Origin: Rhodospirillaceae bacterium
Lineage (GTDB): Bacteria; Pseudomonadota; Alphaproteobacteria; Rhodospirillales; UBA2165
DNA: 64,000 nt
NCBI GenBank assembly: GCA_947467145.1
Contig: CANIGJ010000010.1
Coordinates: forward strand, 21,396-85,395
Direction of reading: 5' to 3'
The notes under the pieces were generated by a model. It was given only the letters and a program-made list of their open reading frames with translations, made no database searches and had not been told where the DNA came from. A program made the position numbers and the translations under genes. Shown in pieces: positions 58,846 through 64,000 of the stretch (positions are counted from its first letter, which is position 1; every line of letters begins with the position of its first letter).

Positions 58846-60117
58846 TCACCACTTGGCGCGCAGATCCTCGGCCATTGCCTGCTTCCAATCCTGGCCGTGC
58901 GGCACAAGCGAGTCGAAGGCCCGCACATGGCTGTGGGTCTTGGGATCGGCGCCGCGCGGCATCTTGCCCGCTTCGACGTCGCGGGTCGCTTCGAGCAGCA
59001 GATTGCGCATGGCGATGATCGCCTTGTCGGTGGAACCGAGATGCTCTTCCGAACGATCGCAGATCGGGCCCATGCCTTCCTGCAATGCGAAGTCCTGCGT
59101 ATTGATGCCGACGATGCCGGTGTAATAGGTGCGGTTCTTCTGCAATTCGCGGTCGATCAGGTAATCGTTCTCGAGGTTCTTCTTCAGCTTGAACGTGCCC
59201 GGGATGTGATCGTCATGACCGCGGCCCATCTGCTTTTCGAATTTCTCGAAGAATTCGAGACTGACCGGCGCATTCTCATCGATGCCGCAGGCCCAATTGT
59301 AGACCATGCAGCTCTCGTCATCGATCGGCACCCAGATGTGGCCGTCCATCTTTGGGTTGTTGCTGCGCCCACTCGCTTGCGTCACGTTGCCGCGCGCCTG
59401 CTGGCCCGGCATCATGTATTGATAGACGCGGATGTAGGTGCCGTCGTCGCCCGCACCACGGAACGAGATGTAGGTATAGCCGTAGTCGGTCTTCTCGACT
59501 TCCAGCTTGGGCGACTTGTCGCGCTGGCGCAGTTCGTTGTCCGCCCAATCGCCGTTGTTGTGCGCGAAGGACGAATGCGCGGTGTCGAGGCCGCCTTCGA
59601 GCGCCTGCACCCAATTGCAGGATTCGTAGGTCTTCGACATGCGGCAATGGGTTTCCGGTGCCCGCATCCATTCGTAATCGGGTGGCTCGGGCATCTTGTC
59701 CTTCGGGCCCATATAGCACCAGATCAGCCCGCCGCCTTCGAAGGTCGGATAGGCGGCGATCTTGATATGATCCTTCATTTTGGACGATTCAGGCTCTGTC
59801 GGCAGCTCGACGCAATTGCCGTCGGTGTCGAATTTCCAGCCGTGATAAACGCAGCGCAGGCCGCATTCTTCGTTGCGGCCGTAGAACATCGGCGCGCGGC
59901 GGTGCGGACAATAGGCGTCGACCAAACCGACCTTGCCGTTGGTATCGCGGAACGCGATCAGGTTCTCGCCCAGGATGCGTACGCGGATCGGCGCGCCATC
60001 GGCCTCGGCCAATTCCGAGGTCATGAGGATCGGCTGCCAATAACGGCGCATCACTTCGCCCATCGGGGTGCCGCGTCCAACACGGGTTATGCGTTCGTTG
60101 TCTGCCTGGCTCAGCAT
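58846..60117 (-). CDS. Rieske non-heme iron oxygenase alpha subunit (phthalate 4,5-dioxygenase/LigXa-like)
   Basis: CPHR...CVYHGW; EGGLDTAHSSFAH; QDFALQEGMG..DRSEEHLG. Confidence 0.92.
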   Translation of the reverse strand: MLSQADNERITRVGRGTPMGEVMRRYWQPILMTSELAEADGAPIRVRILGENLIAFRDTNGKVGLVDAYCPHRRAPMFYGRNEECGLRCVYHGWKFDTDGNCVELPTEPESSKMKDHIKIAAYPTFEGGGLIWCYMGPKDKMPEPPDYEWMRAPETHCRMSKTYESCNWVQALEGGLDTAHSSFAHNNGDWADNELRQRDKSPKLEVEKTDYGYTYISFRGAGDDGTYIRVYQYMMPGQQARGNVTQASGRSNNPKMDGHIWVPIDDESCMVYNWACGIDENAPVSLEFFEKFEKQMGRGHDDHIPGTFKLKKNLENDYLIDRELQKNRTYYTGIVGINTQDFALQEGMGPICDRSEEHLGSTDKAIIAMRNLLLEATRDVEAGKMPRGADPKTHSHVRAFDSLVPHGQDWKQAMAEDLRAKW

Positions 60118-60256
60118 CGCTTACTCCACTGCATTGGGGCGCCGGTGCGCGATCGATCAAATCTTAACGATTGGATCGGCGAATTACGACCGTTTCATGA
60201 TGGCTTTTAGGGGCTAAATCAACAATTTTTGCAGGGTTTTAGACCCCAAAACAGGC

Positions 60257-60877
60257 CTACCACATGCTTTTGCGGGCGCGGTCCGGCCATTCGCGGTCGT
60301 AGGTCTCCCCACCGACCTTGTTTTCGGTCAGCCCGGCCAGAATCTGGCCTGGGGTGGGTAGGTTTTTGGGATCGACGTGTTTATCCGGATTCCACAGATG
60401 GGCCCGGATGATCGCTCGGGCACATTGAAAATAGACCGTTTCGACATGCACGATGGCGACGGTCCGGGGCGGCTTGCCGTCCATCTTGAAAGAATCCAGC
60501 AGCGCCGGCTCGATCGAGAGCTGGGCGGTACCGTTGACGCGCAAGGTGCTGCCCGATCCCGGGATCAGGAACAGCAATCCCACGCGCGGGTCGCGCACGA
60601 TATTGCGAAGGGAATCCACCCGGTTGTTGCCGCGCCGGTCGGGCAGCATCAAGGTGCGTTCGTCGTGCACGCGGACGAACCCGGCGGCATCGCCGCGCGG
60701 CGAACAATCCAGGCCCTCGGGGCCGCCGGTCGCCAACGAGACGAACGGCGAGGCCTCGATGAAGGCGCGATAATGTTCGTTAATGTAGGGGATTTCTTTG
60801 ACGACGGAGGCAGCCGCTAACGTATCTGAGGTGCCGTAGATCGCTTCGAGTTCTTCAATCGTGCTGATGACGGACAT
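60257..60877 (-). CDS. Pyridoxamine 5'-phosphate oxidase family FMN-binding protein
   Basis: DCSPRGD, PDRRGNNRVDSLRNI, TLRVNG, YFQCARA. Confidence 0.88.
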   Translation of the reverse strand: MSVISTIEELEAIYGTSDTLAAASVVKEIPYINEHYRAFIEASPFVSLATGGPEGLDCSPRGDAAGFVRVHDERTLMLPDRRGNNRVDSLRNIVRDPRVGLLFLIPGSGSTLRVNGTAQLSIEPALLDSFKMDGKPPRTVAIVHVETVYFQCARAIIRAHLWNPDKHVDPKNLPTPGQILAGLTENKVGGETYDREWPDRARKSMW

Positions 60878-61017
60878 GATGTTCCCCAATGTCGTCATGC
60901 GGGACCGCCTATATATACAAAACCATCGGGATCGCGAAACCGCTGCGCGCAGAACGGGTCTTGCGCTTATGCATAGCTCGGCCTTGTATGAACACGATCA
61001 CCAGCTGGGAGAGCAAG

Positions 61018-61779
61018 ATGACAAATCGATTACATTTCACGCGCCGCACGATCCTCGGCCTCTTGCTGGCCAGTGTGCCATTCGCGGTGCGCGCGCAAGG
61101 CTCCTTGTTGGATCAAGGTAAGGGAATGCTTGGTGGGTTCGGTGGCGGATCGACGGGATCGAGCGGCGGCACGAAAGGATCGAGTCTCAGCGAGGGTGAG
61201 ATCGGCGGCGGCTTGAAAGAGGCCTTGAAGATTGCGTCCCAGAAGGTGACCGGCAATCTCGGCAAGGCCGATGCCTATTTCAAGGATCCGGCGATCCAGA
61301 TCCCGTTGCCCGGGCCACTGCAGACCCTGAAATCGATGGGCGGGGGCATGCTGGTTGACGATCTTCAGTTGAAGATGAACCGCGCGGCGGAGCAGGCGGC
61401 GCCTAAAGCGCTCAACATCTTCACCGATGCCGTTTCAAAAATGACCGTCACCGATGCGCGCGGTATCTTGTCGGGACCGAACGACGCGGCGACGCAATAT
61501 TTCAAGCGTACCACCACGGGCAGCCTGACCACGGCCTTTAAGCCGATCGTCGATAGCAGCCTGTCGAGCGTCGGCGCGGTCAGCGCTTTCAATTCGGTGA
61601 AGTCGCAGGCCGGCAGCATGCCGCTGGTCGGCAGTCAGGTCGGCGGGTTCGATCTCACCGAGTTCACCGTTGGCAAGGCGCTCGACGGCCTGTTCCACTA
61701 TATCGGCGTGGAAGAGGCGTCGATCCGCACCAATCCGGCGGCGCGCTCGACCGACCTGTTGAAGAAGGTCTTCAGCTAG
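61018..61779 (+). CDS. DUF4197 domain exported protein
   Basis: GLKEAL, IPLP, MNRAAEQA, DARGILSG, ALDGLF..EEASIR.NPAAR..LLKKVF; TRR signal peptide. Confidence 0.88.
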   Translation: MTNRLHFTRRTILGLLLASVPFAVRAQGSLLDQGKGMLGGFGGGSTGSSGGTKGSSLSEGEIGGGLKEALKIASQKVTGNLGKADAYFKDPAIQIPLPGPLQTLKSMGGGMLVDDLQLKMNRAAEQAAPKALNIFTDAVSKMTVTDARGILSGPNDAATQYFKRTTTGSLTTAFKPIVDSSLSSVGAVSAFNSVKSQAGSMPLVGSQVGGFDLTEFTVGKALDGLFHYIGVEEASIRTNPAARSTDLLKKVFS

Positions 61780-61782
61780 CGG

Positions 61783-62883
61783 TCAGATGGGGAGCGACGG
61801 AATCACGCTAACGTGGATCGCGCCCTCGACACCCTTGCCACCGATTGATTTGATGGCGAGGTCGACCTCGTCGAGCTTGAAGGCGTGCGTCGCCATCAGT
61901 TCGACCGGATAGAGGCCGGACGAGATCAATTCGATCGCCGTTTCCACCGCTTGATAGCTGTGGCCGCGCGCCGCTTTTAAGGTGACGCGCTTGGCTGTCA
62001 TCTCGACAGCCGGGAAATTTGCGATCACGCCACCGGTGGCGAATACCACGGTGCCGGACCGACGTACGCACTTGATCGCATCGATCAAGGTGTTGGGGCC
62101 GCCCGCGACGTCGAGTACGGCATCGCAGCCTTCGCCGCCAGTGATGTCCTTCACGCGGGCAATCAGGTCTTCTTCCTCGACGTTGATCGTGATGTGCGCG
62201 CCGAACTTCTTGGCTTTCTCGAGGCGTTCCTTGTCGCGTCCGAGGCCGCTGACGATGATCGTCTTGGCGCCGAGATGTTTCGCCGTCATGACCGCGGCAA
62301 GGCCTTGTTGGCCGGGGCCCTGGATCAGGATGGATTGACCCATCTTGAGGCCGCATTCGAACTGCACCCACTGCACGCCGTTGCTCATGGGGATCGACAT
62401 GGCGAGATGGCGGGCGGGCACGTTGTCCTTCACGCGATGTACGACCGCTTGCGGATGCAGGTACATATACTGGCTATAGCCGCCCCACAGCTTCGGGCCC
62501 ATGGCGACGGGCGACGAGCCGTAACGCAGCACGGTGTCGTCAGCGCCGCGCGCCTCGGTCTGTAGGCACAGGCGGAAATCGCCAGAGCGGCAATAGCTGC
62601 ATTGGCCGCACGGGATGTACTCCTCGAGCGCGATGCGATCGCCTTCCTTCAGCTTGAAATTCTTGGCCGCCAAGGTACTCAGCTTGTCGACGAAGGCGAT
62701 GTTCTCATGCCCCATGATGCGCGGGGTCTTTTTCTTCTGATAGCTGTTCCAATCGGAACCGCAGATGCCGGCGGCCTCGATCTTGAGCAGGCCGGCATCG
62801 ATCGGGATATCGGGAATATCGAATTCGCGCACCTCGGTCTTCATGATGTCCGTGGTTAGCGCTGCCAGGGTCTTCTGGGCCAT
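61783..62883 (-). CDS. Zinc-binding (MDR) dehydrogenase
   Basis: GICGSD, GHE, CGQCSYC..C structural Zn site, GPGQQG. Confidence 0.9.
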   Translation of the reverse strand: MAQKTLAALTTDIMKTEVREFDIPDIPIDAGLLKIEAAGICGSDWNSYQKKKTPRIMGHENIAFVDKLSTLAAKNFKLKEGDRIALEEYIPCGQCSYCRSGDFRLCLQTEARGADDTVLRYGSSPVAMGPKLWGGYSQYMYLHPQAVVHRVKDNVPARHLAMSIPMSNGVQWVQFECGLKMGQSILIQGPGQQGLAAVMTAKHLGAKTIIVSGLGRDKERLEKAKKFGAHITINVEEEDLIARVKDITGGEGCDAVLDVAGGPNTLIDAIKCVRRSGTVVFATGGVIANFPAVEMTAKRVTLKAARGHSYQAVETAIELISSGLYPVELMATHAFKLDEVDLAIKSIGGKGVEGAIHVSVIPSLPI

Positions 62884-62935
62884 ATTCTTTCCTCCCGGGG
62901 GAATTCGTTACGTGACTAAATGGTAGGCTGCGGAA

Positions 62936-62959
62936 CGGGGCCGCGCAACCGCGGCCCCG
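62936..62959. other. Perfect GC-rich intercistronic hairpin
   Basis: CGGGGCCGCG-CAAC-CGCGGCCCCG; no U tail on the coding (minus) strand. Confidence 0.55.
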
Positions 62960-62965
62960 ATGCTT

Positions 62966-64000
62966 TTAGTAGGTCGCGTCGGTCAGGCGGAAACCGGTCG
63001 CGTCCTCGAACTCTTTCTTGATCGATTGCGGCTGCTCGCACAGGAACGGGAAGCGCTTCATGCCATGGGCGAACGGTGCGTTCGATCCGCGAATGACCTC
63101 GCTCGGCAGGCCGTTCTTGAAATACTCCTTGCCGACGATGGGCAGATCGATGTGCTTGGCGATTTCGGGATCGCGCACCGTCGCTTTCGGGTCCTCGCCG
63201 CGTTTGACGCGCTCGATCTCGTCCAGCAGGCGCTGGCGCACCATGGCGACGCCGCGATCGCTGCGCCCTAGATGCTCGTTCGGGCGATCCGACATGGTGC
63301 CCTGGCCGACCCAGGCGACGAAATCCTGGTTCATGACGTGGGTGGTGATCCAGCGCCCGGTCTTTTCGTCTTTGATCGGCGCGTACCAGTGCGGGATTTT
63401 TTCCTGCACGTAGGGTTCCTTGTCCTTGGGCACGCGGGTGAAGAACCAGCCGACGCTGAGCGTGTTGTGGTCGTCGATGGGCACGCGCCATTCGAAATGT
63501 TCGCCGGTGAACAGGCAGTTGGGCCACAGGCAGACGCGGCCGACCGTCCAGAGCGGATCCTGATCGTTGGTGTCCTCGCGGATGCGCTTGTACTGGAAGC
63601 CGTATTCGAACTCGTTGAAGCCGACCTTGGTGTGCGTCGGGATATAGGGCCCGGTTTGTCCGCCCAGGCGGATCGACCAATTCGAATGCATCCATTCGAA
63701 ATGCACGGGGTCGATCGAGTTCTCCTGGCACTGCAGCCAGTTGCAGGGGATTTCGGAAAAGCTGATCTGCACGAAGCCGTTCTGCCAGGTGAACGGCTCC
63801 CAAACGGGAAGTTCAGGCGCGGGCAGCGGGCCCATATAGACCCAGAGCAGGCCCGATAGTTCCTTCACCGGATAATTCTTTACGTGGATCGTCTTGCGCA
63901 GCTTGCCGGACGGGTCTTCCACGTCCTCATAAGGCTGGGCGAGGCAGGTTCCGGTCTCGCCGAACAGCCAGCCGTGATAGTTGCAGCGCAGGCCGTGTTC
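62966..64000 (-). CDS. Rieske non-heme iron oxygenase alpha subunit, N-terminus beyond window end
   Basis: Frame is open to the window edge (EHGLRCNYHGW); ENSIDPVHFEWMH; QDFVAWVGQG..EHLGRSDRG. Confidence 0.9.
   Translation of the reverse strand, partial: EHGLRCNYHGWLFGETGTCLAQPYEDVEDPSGKLRKTIHVKNYPVKELSGLLWVYMGPLPAPELPVWEPFTWQNGFVQISFSEIPCNWLQCQENSIDPVHFEWMHSNWSIRLGGQTGPYIPTHTKVGFNEFEYGFQYKRIREDTNDQDPLWTVGRVCLWPNCLFTGEHFEWRVPIDDHNTLSVGWFFTRVPKDKEPYVQEKIPHWYAPIKDEKTGRWITTHVMNQDFVAWVGQGTMSDRPNEHLGRSDRGVAMVRQRLLDEIERVKRGEDPKATVRDPEIAKHIDLPIVGKEYFKNGLPSEVIRGSNAPFAHGMKRFPFLCEQPQSIKKEFEDATGFRLTDATY

Noticed and set aside
62936-62959. Hairpin as terminator or REP family member
   Set aside because: No U tract on the coding strand and no second copy noticed in the window; kept only as an unassigned hairpin.
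1-64000. CRISPR arrays, tRNA/rRNA, IS elements, prophage, defence or retron systems
   Set aside because: No regularly spaced repeats, RNA gene signatures, transposase, integrase, reverse transcriptase or phage proteins seen. The PLD and EEP proteins fit a lipid/stress context rather than nuclease defence.

Overview
High-GC bacterial DNA, most consistent with an alphaproteobacterium (EcfG-type sigma factor, ChvI-like regulator, HTH-only ModE). About 60 protein-coding genes; I found no rRNA, tRNA, CRISPR array, transposase or integrase. The window is dominated by aromatic-acid catabolic paralogs: five phthalate-4,5-dioxygenase/LigXa-type Rieske oxygenase subunits with no reductase or ferredoxin, two LigB-superfamily extradiol dioxygenases (one DesZ-like), four amidohydrolase-fold enzymes, an OphC/Pht5-like decarboxylase, two flavin monooxygenases, two dienelactone hydrolases and many orphan ABC binding proteins. 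The most coherent candidate for an undescribed system is the IclR-associated cluster at 1553-17704: its two divergent promoter regions share the same tandem palindromic operator, and it encodes a split cupin pair. Also present are an EcfG general-stress island with four matching promoters, a thiolase-fold/DUF35 module, a decayed cheB, fbpABC, modEABC and greB. All product calls come from motif and family recognition by eye; no searches were run.
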